From Ignavibacteriota bacterium (GTDB lineage: Bacteria; Bacteroidota; Ignavibacteria; UBA10030; CAVZMI01), in NCBI GenBank assembly GCA_963776275.1, contig CAVZMI010000023.1, positions 224,001 to 288,000 of the forward strand: a stretch of 64,000 nucleotides of DNA. The letters run 5' to 3'. The translations under genes and the position numbers were made by a program. This document shows, in pieces, positions 9,702 through 19,922 of the stretch (the first letter of the stretch is position 1; the number at the start of each line of letters is the position of its first letter). The notes beneath the pieces are model-generated. The model was not told where the DNA came from. It was given only the letters and a program-made list of their open reading frames with translations, and ran no database searches.

Positions 9702-9964
9702 GAAGCGCCCAAAGTCGCCTATTGGATACCACACGAAGCTAACGGTGTTACAAATAACGGGTGCCCCAACACAAGAATGCCGATCAAGAGTACAACATCA
9801 ATAATTTTATTACGTCCAGTTGATTTGCTGGATATACACATTTTACAAATTAATTTAGCTCCTTAGAGGTGTTAAAAATTTATTTTGTTATTATAACCCT
9901 TATTATTTTGGACAAATTATATTTGCATCTCTGCTTTGTTTATGTCATTCTTAAAAACTAAACT

Positions 9965-10390
9965 TTATGGACCTACATAACCACAACTGGAACAAATCTG
10001 TACCCCAGTAAGTCCAGCTTTTGGACCGTAGCCAGATGCACCGCAGCGCGGGCATTTTGGCCTAGAGGCAGTTACAATAGCCCAACAAGCTGGGCACACG
10101 GCCAAAAATGGTTTTCCATCTAATGTGGTATACGGTTCTGTCAATGCTGGGTGACCGATTTCGCCTTCAACTTGTCCACGATTAGAAGCGGGTACGAATG
10201 TGAATCGGCCAGTAGGTTTTCGACCACAAAAATTGCACGTATCATATTGAGGTTTAGAATTATTGTTCTTCGGATAATCTATCATATCTTCATGTTTCTT
10301 CTCTGATGCAAAGGTACCACGACCGCATCTAGGACATTTAATTAATCCATTTGGTACCTTCTCTCCACAGATGGCACATATTTTTTCCAT
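9965..10390 (-). CDS. Cassette gene: multi zinc-ribbon hypothetical protein
   Basis: Six CxxC motifs (CAIC, CPRC, CNFC, CPAC, CPRC, CSSC); likely start ATG at 10390. Confidence 0.7.
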   Translation of the reverse strand: MEKICAICGEKVPNGLIKCPRCGRGTFASEKKHEDMIDYPKNNNSKPQYDTCNFCGRKPTGRFTFVPASNRGQVEGEIGHPALTEPYTTLDGKPFLAVCPACWAIVTASRPKCPRCGASGYGPKAGLTGVQICSSCGYVGP

Positions 10391-10611
10391 ATGATTTATC
10401 GCCTTCTTAGTTTTTTTAGTATATACTTTGTATATATAAATATTGATTATATGGTTTCCATATAATACGCCTTCGCCATTGCCCTTCGGCATAACACGTC
10501 TCTGCTGTTTGCTCGTCAGGTTCCTTGTTTTTCCGGTTCTTGTATTAATAATAGTATAAATGGGTAACGATTCTATTGATATAGTCAGTCCTTTCTATCT
10601 TTGGGCGTTTC

Positions 10612-10728
10612 GCATAACGTACTGCGGCAACACGCCGTGCCGCCATTCCATGAAACATGAAATGACGGCGGCATGGAGCGAGCACCTTGAATATGAAACG
10701 GCGAGCGTCGTGTTGCCGCATGTTAGTT
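10612..10728 (-). repeat. attC-like recombination site 9
   Basis: GCATAAC+GTACTGCGGCAACACG ... T+CGTGTTGCCGCAT+GTTAGTT. Confidence 0.9.
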
Positions 10729-10994
10729 GCAGGCGCCGCTTCCACTGCCCTTTTCCCAAAGGGATCAATCCGGACAGTTGGCGCGCGTTCTCCATGGTGG
10801 CAGTGCCTTGCCAGTTCTCTTGCCAATCGTGGCATACTGCAGACGCTAAGGACACGTTGAACTTTCCGAACAATTGACTGCTTCCTCGTGACTGCCGCAC
10901 GCTTGGGATGACGACCCATGCGCAATATCATAGTCTCATCGTTCATTCCACCGCGGTTCCAAATATTTCGGCCGGTCATTTTCGTGAGATTTTT

Positions 10995-11369
10995 TCAGTC
11001 GGTGCATAGATTTATTGTCGGGAGCATAAATTGTCCTACAAAGAATTTATTGTCAATCGTTACAATCGCATTGTAGTATGAGCCGATCCCAAGGAATCCG
11101 CTATTGTAGGTCACCATCAGTTCGACGCTGTGGCCGCTATAAGTTCCAGTTGCATTGATCCCTTTCCAATCAAAAACAGGGACCGATTTAGTTATTACGG
11201 TTGAATCATTGACTATTACCTTGATAGCTGGATATAGTCCCGATTTCTCAACTCTGACCTGCCAAGTCTCACTAGTTGCACACGGCGATTGATATGTTGC
11301 GAACTTCGATGAGTAGCAGCCCGCGATTAGAAAACCGAATAGTAAAAAGAACGGTAACTTTCTCTTCAT
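10995..11369 (-). CDS. Cassette gene (first in array): hypothetical lipoprotein
   Basis: MKRK + hydrophobic segment + LIAGC lipobox. Confidence 0.75.
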   Translation of the reverse strand: MKRKLPFFLLFGFLIAGCYSSKFATYQSPCATSETWQVRVEKSGLYPAIKVIVNDSTVITKSVPVFDWKGINATGTYSGHSVELMVTYNSGFLGIGSYYNAIVTIDNKFFVGQFMLPTINLCTD

Positions 11370-11627
11370 ATTCTGCCTTTTTCTGTCTGATTTACTCCGA
11401 GACCGGAACTGCGGCTAAAGATGACCTTGACTGACACCTTTGGAACAGCTTGGTCATCGGCGCCATGGTAAGCAACGGTCGCCACGGAGATACCAACTCG
11501 TCTCTTCATTGATTGCCCTTGATAAAAATCCTCCACGAATTTATCAGGTCTCATGTTAAGTGTTCCAGCATTGCCGCGCGCCAACAAGTCGCAACCACTC
11601 TTTTAATAACTTTCTGGCGGCGCTTGC

Positions 11628-11662
11628 AACTAACATTTGCAACAACGCTATATAGCGTTGTT
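11628..11662 (-). other. attI-like primary recombination site overlapping the 3' end of the recombinase
   Basis: Lone core AACTAAC that completes the first cassette's terminal repeat, then 6 nt, then perfect 22-bp palindrome AACAACGCTATATAGCGTTGTT; no full attC partner arm. Confidence 0.7.
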
Positions 11663-12583
11663 CTCTTTTTTATCTGTGTCAGGAAGATAAATCTTTCTAT
11701 CTTTTTCTTCCTTCGGTAGCTCTTCTATCATTGAGTCGAGCGGACTTTTAATCTTCCCGATCGTACGAGTACTTATATGCGTGTAAATTTCTGTCGTTTT
11801 AATACTGCCATGCCCTAATAACTCTTGAATGTACCGTATATCCGTTCCATGTTCCAATAGAGCTGTCGCAAATGAATGCCGGAGTGTATGCATAGAAACC
11901 GTCTTGCGGATACTGGCTGATTTCACTGCACGTTCAATGACTTCCTGGATGCTCCGTTCTGATAAATGTCGTCCCGGTTTTGCACCGGGAAAAAGCCATC
12001 CGACTTCAGTAATCCTATATAATTGTACATAAGCATGGAGAGCACTCAGTACCGCTCTTGAAAGAATTGTGTATCGATCCTTTTTATGCTTTCCTTCTCG
12101 TACATGAATAACCATCCTTACCACATCAAGATCTTCGGTTCGCAAACGAACAACCTCGCCCACGCGTAATCCGCTTCCATAGGCGATCATCAACATTACT
12201 TTATGTTTTAGATTATCAATTTCTCTGAATATTCTTAGAACCTCTCCCTGATTCAGTACATCAGGGAGTCTTTTCTCCTTCATCGGCCGAGGTATTGAAT
12301 CGATCTTAAAAGGCATTCCATATAAATCGACATACAGTAATCGTAGAGCGTTAAAAACCTGGTTAATGCTCGATGCCTGGAATTGACGCTCCTCGATCAA
12401 GTAAAGCAGGTACGAGTGAATATCGTCCTCTGTCACATCGCGCGGGTGCCGCGGTCGAAAATAACTCACAAAGGAATGAAGCCAGCTAATATACGATTTG
12501 ATCGTCTTCGAACTATAGTTTTTCAGGCGCATCTCGCGCCGAACTGTCTCGAAAAACCCCGGCTTACTTTGTAACTTCTCCAT
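11648..12583 (-). CDS. Integron-integrase-like tyrosine recombinase lacking the IntI insertion
   Basis: N-terminal MRLKNYS.KTIKSY...RHP SAM-like domain; catalytic GLRVGE, GKHKKDR, HTLRHSFA, LGH, EIYTH; only ~20 aa between DRYTIL and WLFP. Confidence 0.92.
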   Translation of the reverse strand: MEKLQSKPGFFETVRREMRLKNYSSKTIKSYISWLHSFVSYFRPRHPRDVTEDDIHSYLLYLIEERQFQASSINQVFNALRLLYVDLYGMPFKIDSIPRPMKEKRLPDVLNQGEVLRIFREIDNLKHKVMLMIAYGSGLRVGEVVRLRTEDLDVVRMVIHVREGKHKKDRYTILSRAVLSALHAYVQLYRITEVGWLFPGAKPGRHLSERSIQEVIERAVKSASIRKTVSMHTLRHSFATALLEHGTDIRYIQELLGHGSIKTTEIYTHISTRTIGKIKSPLDSMIEELPKEEKDRKIYLPDTDKKENNAI

Positions 12584-12871
12584 CTTCTTTTCTCCAGAAT
12601 TGTTCCTCTACATTAAATAGAACGATTCTGGGTTACAGGTGGAGTTATCGTGCCATCTCTTCTCTAAATTAAAAAGTGGATGCGTCTATGAGTTTGTTCC
12701 AGTATAAGAGCCAAATATCACACCCTATCAGACAGGTTCGAAGGCGGCCCAATAAAAAATGTCGGGAGTATCTATGTCAAACGGAGTATAATAAACTGCG
12801 AATTAAAAAGCAATTATGTTGGAAATGCCTGAGTATTCTTGAAAACATAGAATCTACCGGCTGCCGATCGT

Positions 12872-13060
12872 TCACTCCAATATCTTTTGAAAAATATGCA
12901 CGTCTAAAAGTTTCCCAAATTGATAACTGACCTCTTTCAACGTACCGACATGAAAATAGCCGAAACTTTCACAGAGATGAAAGCTTTCGCTGCTCTCACC
13001 TGCCACGGGGGCGATAAGCGAATGATATCGCAAGCGATGTTAATCAGGTATCGTCTTATC
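12872..13060 (-). pseudogene. Degenerate duplicate of the 3' half of the GNAT gene at 13476
   Basis: 12872-12975 closely matches 13476-13575 (...LLDVHIFQKILE*). Confidence 0.7.
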
Positions 13061-13068
13061 CGCGACGT

Positions 13069-13431
13069 TCAGACTACCTGTTCAGCCGTGTAATATTCTA
13101 ATACCATCAAGGCAAATCTGCTGGAAACGCTTGCTCGTCATCCTCCCATTTCAATTCCAACCTCGATTGCTTCAATTATTTGTTCTCTTGTCGCTCCTCC
13201 TTTTAAGGCTTCATGTATATGCCATTCCATGCAGGGTTCACAGTTTTTAAAAATTGAAATTCCCAAACCTATAAGTTCCTTATATTTTTTCTCCAGATTA
13301 TTATCTTTATATGTAGTTAGATCCAACTTATTGAATATCCTGTACACTTCGGAGGATTTCATCAAATTGGCATGTCCGACCTTTCGATCTTCAATGATCT
13401 TTTCGATTTTTTCTTTGTCTGCTTTATCCAT
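13069..13431 (-). CDS. Carboxymuconolactone decarboxylase/AhpD-family protein with in-frame TGA at 13138
   Basis: KYKELIGL...CEPCMEWH...GAT.EQI.EAI; homology continues past the TGA (GG*RASVSSRFAL). Confidence 0.75.
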
Positions 13432-13475
13432 TTATGTTTTCTCCTGTAATATAAAATCTATCGTCCACTCTCCGT

Positions 13476-13976
13476 TCACTCCAATATCTTCTGAAAAATA
13501 TGCACGTCTAAAAGTTTTCCGAATTTTCGACCGACCTCTTTCATTGTGCCGACATGAACGAAACCGAAACTCTCGTTAATATGCAGACTTACATCGCTTT
13601 TACCCACAACTCGTGCGATGATTGTATGATAACTCAAACGCCGGGCTTCGTCGATGATCGCCTGTTTAAGCTTTCGTCCGATTCCCTGTCCGCGGTATTC
13701 CGATTTTACGTAGAACGATGTTTCTCCGGTGTCATCATACCCGCGGCGCTCAGACCATCTACTCAACGATGCCCAGCCGATTACCTTGCCGCCCATTACC
13801 GCAACAATAATCGGATGCCTCTCATCATGCAACTGAAACCACTCCCGCCGTTCGTCCGTACTCTTCGGTTCGGTATCGAAGGTTGCTGTCGTTGTGAGTA
13901 TTGCCTCGTTGTAGATTTCAGTGATCGCGTCGAGGTCCGTTAATTCGGCTCTTCTGATCGTGATGGAATTGTTCAT
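13476..13976 (-). CDS. GNAT N-acetyltransferase (phosphinothricin/YncA-like)
   Basis: IYNEAI.TTTATFD, YRGQGIG, EVGRKFG..LDV. Confidence 0.9.
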   Translation of the reverse strand: MNNSITIRRAELTDLDAITEIYNEAILTTTATFDTEPKSTDERREWFQLHDERHPIIVAVMGGKVIGWASLSRWSERRGYDDTGETSFYVKSEYRGQGIGRKLKQAIIDEARRLSYHTIIARVVGKSDVSLHINESFGFVHVGTMKEVGRKFGKLLDVHIFQKILE

Positions 13977-14199
13977 AGTCTATTAAGAAAAAAATAAACA
14001 CAGAGTTCTCAAAGTACTAATTAGAAAGCTAATGGAGAGGACACAGAGTTGAAATGGCTGTCTCATTTAGGCCGCACCTACGGTGCTACTGCTTTTGATT
14101 GTTGTTGATAGTACTACAAATAGGCCACCCCTACGGGGTGTCCTGAAATGGGAATTTGTTTTTTTAGGACTGTTTTTGTACTTAGATCTTAATAGTTGC

Positions 14200-15872
14200 T
14201 TACTCTTGCTTTACGGCATCAGGCTTCACATTTGCATCAAGCTCGATTGCTTTTTTTACATTTTTGAATTCGGGACCGATGAGACGGATTTTCGCCGATT
14301 TCTCTCCCGTGACTTTGAGGAACACATCGGATGCCGCAGGGTATATCCCGCCGTTGATCGTGATATTTCGGCTCTGGATGACGTTGATAACGGCTCCCGA
14401 TTGTGGAACGATCCTGCAGTTGTTCAGTTGTACACTGTCCGCATCGGCGATGTATGCGCCTCGTTTCGATGATATGGATACGTTATCGAGAACCATGTTC
14501 TTAATCGACATTTCGGGAAGTCCGTTGATGACAATCGCCCGGTCGGCTCCGTTGCAGACGATGTTCCTGACATGGAAATCCCTGAACTGCGGCGTCATGT
14601 CGTTCACAGGCTCCGCCTTCCGGATGGTCAGGTTCTTGGTGGCTTCCGCTTCGGGCGCACCGCCGGTGTAATACATATCAAAGAGAATGGCGTCGGTCTT
14701 ATCCCGCGCATTTGAATTCCGTCGATGAATACCTTCTCGACCAACCCGCCTCTTCCACGAGCCGATTTGAAACGAAGTCCTACATCCGTTCCGATGAAGA
14801 GACAATTACGGACCGAGACGTTACATACGCCGCCATAGCTCTCACTGCCGATGACAAATCCCCCGTGCGCTTTATAGACTATGCAGTCGGCAATTACGAT
14901 ATTCTGACATGACGGCCCCGGTGTCTGGCTCTCGGCAATGGTTGACGGCTTGAGGCAGATTCCATCGTCGCCCACGTTCACGGTGCAATTGTAGATCACA
15001 ACGTTGCGGCACGATCTTGAATCGATACCGTCGGTGTTTTGTCCGTACTCCGGTGCGAGCACCTTCACATTACGGATGATGACATTTTCACAATGGCTGG
15101 GATATATGTTGAACTTTGGCGAGTTCTCGAAGGTCGGACCGTCAAGTAATATGTCGTTGCACTGTTCGATATGCACGAGGTGCGGACGCAAATATTCCCG
15201 CGTTTTTCTAAAATCCGCTTCTGAGGGTTCCTTGTTCGACTTCGTACTTTCACTCAGATAGCGTTCTCCTTCCATTGCTTCCTTCGATGGCCACCACTGT
15301 TTACCATCGGGTGTCACAATGCCTCCGGATGCAACGAGGGTTTTCCATTGAGTATCCGTCATATCGATTTTTTTTACATAGCGCCACACTTCACCGGAGC
15401 CGTCAAAAACGCCGTCGCCGGTGACGGCAATATTTTTTGCTTTGTATGCGTAGATGGGCGGTGTGATTATATAGCGCCTGGATTTGCCGTCGAAACCCGC
15501 AATGAACGGAAAATCTTCGATGTTCCTGCTGAACTGAACGAGCGCTCCCTTCTCGACATGCAAGTTGATATTGCTTTCAATTTTGATCGGCCCGGTTATC
15601 CATGTCCCGGACGGGACGACAACTGTTCCACCGCCTGCTTTGGCACACGCTGCAATGGCGTCGTTAAATGCTCTGGTGTTTAATGTGCAGCCGTCGGCGA
15701 TAGCTCCGTAATCGACGATGCTAACGACGTGTTCGGGAAACTGCGGTTCCCTAATTTCCTGCATCGGGAAGGGGAGGTTGATTAGATAGTCCTTGAGTTG
15801 CTTCTGACCTCCTGCAACTGCACTGAGTGTAAGCACGAACAGGAAAGCGATTGAAGTATATTTGTATGACAT
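14200..15872 (-). CDS. Glycoside hydrolase family 28 (polygalacturonase-like), frameshift near 14700
   Basis: NTDGID, GDD, AHGG, GLRFKS.RGRGG motifs; C-terminus in ORF 14200-14805. Confidence 0.9.
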
Positions 15873-16062
15873 AAGGTTTTCTATTTCAATAATTGTACAT
15901 ACGTTATCAGTCGTTAAATCCTGATAAAAGGTTTTTTTATCTGGTTGCTATATTTTTAGACAGACTCCCTATACATCTAAATAGAGTTGCATACCTAATA
16001 CTTGCGTATCCATCGTTTTGGGTAACGAGACATACAACCGTATAATTGATGACGCAAATCTT

Positions 16063-17762
16063 TCATTCCCGGATATACATCTGATATTGATAAGTAACGG
16101 TCTGTTCTTCATCCGGTTTCAAGTCGATTCCCCAAGTGAGTATGTGCTTCGGGTTTACCTGTTTGAGTCCTTTGGCTGTTTTAATATCTTTCGATTTCGG
16201 CATACTCTCGAGGACTTCGCCGGATAACTCTTTGGTGATCTCGACATCGATCGCCTTATCGAGCTTATTCCTGATTTTTAATTCGCCGCGCACCTTCACA
16301 AGATCGTAATGATACCCATGGAATACGGCGGCCTCTCGCTTGCGCTCGACTTCGATCTCAGCCTGTTCTGCCAGCAGATTCAGCGCCTTATTGATCCGGA
16401 TTGTCGTTTCTGCTTTGGGCGCCGTATAGTAGCATACATCCTGTCCGGTAAATTCGTTGTTTGTCATGAACTCCGTTGCCGCAGTAGTCAACGGCATGCT
16501 GAGAGTATTGACTAAACGACAGGAATGCCATACCTCCTCGGCTGCCTTACGATCCTGCGTTTCGCTCTCGGGACGGTAACGATCGTCGTTGTCGATAAAA
16601 TCCTTGATCTTCCATGTATAGATATGTTTGTACGGCATCTCTGCTGTGAACAGCGGTATCCAGGCGGTTTCATTCTTCATTAGGGTGAAATTTTTCACCG
16701 GATAGAAAAAGAGATCCTCTGCGACCAATCCTTCCGCCGCTGTGGAATATCCGGGTACCAAAGCGGACGCATCTTCCTCATATCTTTCGGCCTGATTAAC
16801 GACCATGGCCTGCTGCATCATATACTGATTTCCTGAACGCCGGCCGCCGGATCCCGACAACGCACTGAGAAAATCTGCAAGGTTCTGACTTTTTGCAATG
16901 GGATTGAGAACATCTCCAAACTTGATATTCGGAAAACCGGTAGCAAGCTGCAACTTCACATTCTTAAAATCGGTCATTTCGTTCATGATTACCGCGTGGG
17001 CGCTAAATTTTGCAGTTTTCGGTCCGACAGATCGATGAGATAACTCGGGGACCATGTAACGCCGCGCGCAAGATAACTGACGGAGATTTTTTCACCACCG
17101 GCAGGTTTCTCAAGCTTCATCCGTATGCTTGGACGTTTCTGTGTAATGTATGTTGTATTAACAGGTTCACCATCTACAAACTCGGCACGATGAATTGAAT
17201 TGTCCTCCATTGCAATAATTCCTTGCGCGGTTTTTGCTATGAGTATTTTGCTCGAAGGGATCTCCGATATATTCCTGCCGTAGGGATCTTGTGACCGACG
17301 CGTACCCATAAAGTAGGGATTTTGAATTTCCGGGGGTTCTTTCGGTGTTGTCTCTGCCAGTACCGTGCATTCAACATCGCGGCCAGAGGTATACAATATC
17401 ACTTTGCGCCCCGTATTCAATCGCAGGAGTTCTCCGATGGATTGTACGGGGACTTTCTTTTCCTGATCTTCCATCGATGTGATAAGGCTTTGCAGTTTTA
17501 CATCCTTTGGATATCCCACCCAGAAAGTGCCAAAAGCCGGTACCGGAAGTTGTCCGATCCTTACAGATTGGGCGTCCTCCGGCAATGTTGCGTTTGATAT
17601 TATAAATCCGAGTCCGTTTTTGAAAAGTGTGAGTTTCTCGATTTCCAATTTTGCATTCTGTGGCGTATCATCTCCTGCTCGCACAGTTTGGATTTGGCAG
17701 AACAGACCGAACGCCATCCCGAATACTACGACGAATTTGATTACTCCGGAGGAATGTCTCAT
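16063..17762 (-). CDS. DUF4139-like exported protein, frameshift near 17030
   Basis: LFKNGLGF, SYLARGVTWSPSYLIDL, LTWGIDLKP.E patterns over two ORFs. Confidence 0.7.
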
Positions 17763-17773
17763 CTTTGTGTCTC

Positions 17774-17995
17774 CTATTTGGGGGAAGCGGCAAGTTTCTT
17801 TTTCCCCAGCATGAACGGAAAATATTTATTGATAATCAAGTTTGATAAAAAACCGGATAACACGAAAAACATAGGTAGTTGAAATGAATAGATGAAACTC
17901 TCGGCAGTTGCATTCTTAAGAGTAAAATGTCCCAGAATTACAAAATAGATGCCACTTGTTTTGGTATAATCGACCCAGTATTTCCTCTCTTTCAT
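17774..17995 (-). pseudogene. N-terminal fragment of acyltransferase-3 family protein
   Basis: WVDYTK..GIYFVILGH...IYSFQLPMFFVLSG, then truncated. Confidence 0.7.
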
Positions 17996-18092
17996 TATTA
18001 TCCTCTCCACAGAACCACAGACTCTATATCTACTTATGCCGGAGAGACCCGGATGGTAAGTATCAATCTGGTGACCGATACAATGTAATTTC

Positions 18093-18935
18093 TCAGGTAT
18101 GTTTTATTATCTTCCTAACAAATTCGACCAACTCTTGAGTTCCTTTCTCCACATTTATATCCGGCGGGATATTCGTACCGATCCATTTTACGTTGAAGAT
18201 TGATTTTTCCCGCGGTTTTAGAGTTTCATATTTCCCCTGTATTTCAATTTCAATATAATCCGCTGCCGGACTGATATAAAAGAGTACTTCTGCTTCTCCC
18301 GGGGCTTGCATTTCCGGTTTGATATCACGGAATCTCTTGATGAATAATTTGCCGTCGATTGCGTATGCCACCCAGCCTTCGGAACCGTCGGTGATGCTGA
18401 GCTTTTCGCTGGCCGGTCTTTCTTTTTCGTCTTTATACCAGGTAATACCGTTCATAATATCCGCACGGGCAAGCTCGAATTGCTTTTTCCCCATCGGCCG
18501 CTCTCCGATAGGGAAGAATAACAGTCCGCCTTTATGCACTCTAGAAATTTCCCACGGAGCGGTTTTCTTTATCTCATTGCTCTTGTTGACGATTGTGTAC
18601 GTTAAGTTCATTTCCGCCAGAGACCGATTCTTGCCGGCGGAGAATTCTTTTACAAATTGGAAACCGGTAATAGGATCTTTCTCGCTGGTAATTTTTATCG
18701 ATTTCTTTTTTTCCCAAACCGAATAAGGGTCGCTGTCCAGTACCGGCGGCGGCGGCCAGTTCCATAATGACTGAGGACTCGGCCAGAATGTTGAACCGTA
18801 ATTATCCGGGTGGATCTCTTTGCCGGTAAGGAATTCATAGTCATCCAATTTGTATGAGATTATCCTTCCTCCGGCTGCAGGGTCGATCGCCAAGCTCGTC
18901 ATCCCGGAGGTAATCGAATAATAACCGCTGTCCAT
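18093..18935 (-). CDS. DUF4380/aldose-epimerase-like protein
   Basis: IDPAAGGRI, NYGSTFWPSPQ, YIEIEIQG. Confidence 0.7.
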   Translation of the reverse strand: MDSGYYSITSGMTSLAIDPAAGGRIISYKLDDYEFLTGKEIHPDNYGSTFWPSPQSLWNWPPPPVLDSDPYSVWEKKKSIKITSEKDPITGFQFVKEFSAGKNRSLAEMNLTYTIVNKSNEIKKTAPWEISRVHKGGLLFFPIGERPMGKKQFELARADIMNGITWYKDEKERPASEKLSITDGSEGWVAYAIDGKLFIKRFRDIKPEMQAPGEAEVLFYISPAADYIEIEIQGKYETLKPREKSIFNVKWIGTNIPPDINVEKGTQELVEFVRKIIKHT

Positions 18936-18943
18936 TGCCGTCC

Positions 18944-19423
18944 TTATCTAATGTTTGATTGATGTGATTGAATTACTTTCCATTTATCGTTGAGTTTTTC
19001 ATAAACGAACGACCAGAAAAATTTTACCATAAAAGGATTGCCCGAACTGACATTTACTTTCGTATCTCCGGAGGCAGTCAATAGTGCAATATTTTTCGAA
19101 AGAACGGTTATTTTTTTACTTTTAATCGTAATGTGCTGATTGTTAACGCCCCGAGACCGCGTTTTGAAGTTATTCATTAATGAGTCAAATCGTTCAAAAT
19201 ATAATCCGTTGACAATGAAACCTGCATTGTATCTATCGTCGACGCCTTCAGTCAGTTTCTCCGTATCGAGGTTCTCGGCAGCCTTCACCTCAATAATAAA
19301 GACAGAATCGATCTCTTTTTCAATTTCAGCTTTCTGTTGATCTGATATGGTCTGGGCATTGGAAAAAAACATAAATCCCAACGTAAAAAGACATATTAAT
19401 GAAATTGTGACTATTTTTTTCAT
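18944..19423 (-). CDS. Exported NTF2-like (DUF4440/SnoaL) protein
   Basis: Signal peptide; C-terminal WKVIQSHQS. Confidence 0.75.
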   Translation of the reverse strand: MKKIVTISLICLFTLGFMFFSNAQTISDQQKAEIEKEIDSVFIIEVKAAENLDTEKLTEGVDDRYNAGFIVNGLYFERFDSLMNNFKTRSRGVNNQHITIKSKKITVLSKNIALLTASGDTKVNVSSGNPFMVKFFWSFVYEKLNDKWKVIQSHQSNIR

Positions 19424-19502
19424 GATAGTATGATGATTGTGGGAATGAGGATATAAAAGCCGGCGCGGAGCGCCGACTTTGTTTGGAAGACTCGTGATGA
19501 CG

Positions 19503-19922
19503 TTAATTCTTGACTTTTATATCAATGAGTTTCTTTACAATCTCGAGATCACTTGTAACGCGAACTTCGATATTGAACGATCTGCCTTCGGCATATGGCC
19601 GTGCGTCCCGGATTTTATTCATGATATTCGGAGGCAAAGAACTTTTTTCGGCTACTTCGACGGCGTTTTTGTCAAACACAAATAAAACCAGGAAATACCC
19701 CTTGCTGGGGTACAGGTAAAACATTGTATGCCCGTCGTATTTCATGCTCATTATCCAGCCGGATTTTTCCCCGTACGATTTCCATTCCTCGGTGATAGGG
19801 GAGAAGGATGCGCCGACATATTCACGTAATTCATCCCAGAATCGCCTTGATTTCCCGAGTGCTTCTGTAACGTCGAAATCGTTTGGCTGTCTCAGTTTGC
19901 TGTCGAAGATACTTACTGCCAT
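19503..19922 (-). CDS. DUF3788 family protein
   Basis: EWKSYGEKSGW, ARPYAEGR, DLEIVKKLIDIK. Confidence 0.75.
   Translation of the reverse strand: MAVSIFDSKLRQPNDFDVTEALGKSRRFWDELREYVGASFSPITEEWKSYGEKSGWIMSMKYDGHTMFYLYPSKGYFLVLFVFDKNAVEVAEKSSLPPNIMNKIRDARPYAEGRSFNIEVRVTSDLEIVKKLIDIKVKN

Noticed and set aside
2733-10979. Short ORFs overlapping att sites (e.g. 2733-3300 cluster, 4138-4398, 5814-6194, 6136-6510, 10545-10979)
   Set aside because: They cross recombination sites or lie antisense to cassette genes; likely spurious.
11648-12583. Recombinase as housekeeping XerC/D or prophage integrase
   Set aside because: No phage genes or tRNA att duplication nearby; it directly abuts a cassette array and has an IntI-like N-terminal domain.
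13138-13140. In-frame TGA as selenocysteine or recoding
   Set aside because: It replaces a Gly of the GGG motif, not a Cys; TGA is a normal stop elsewhere in the window.
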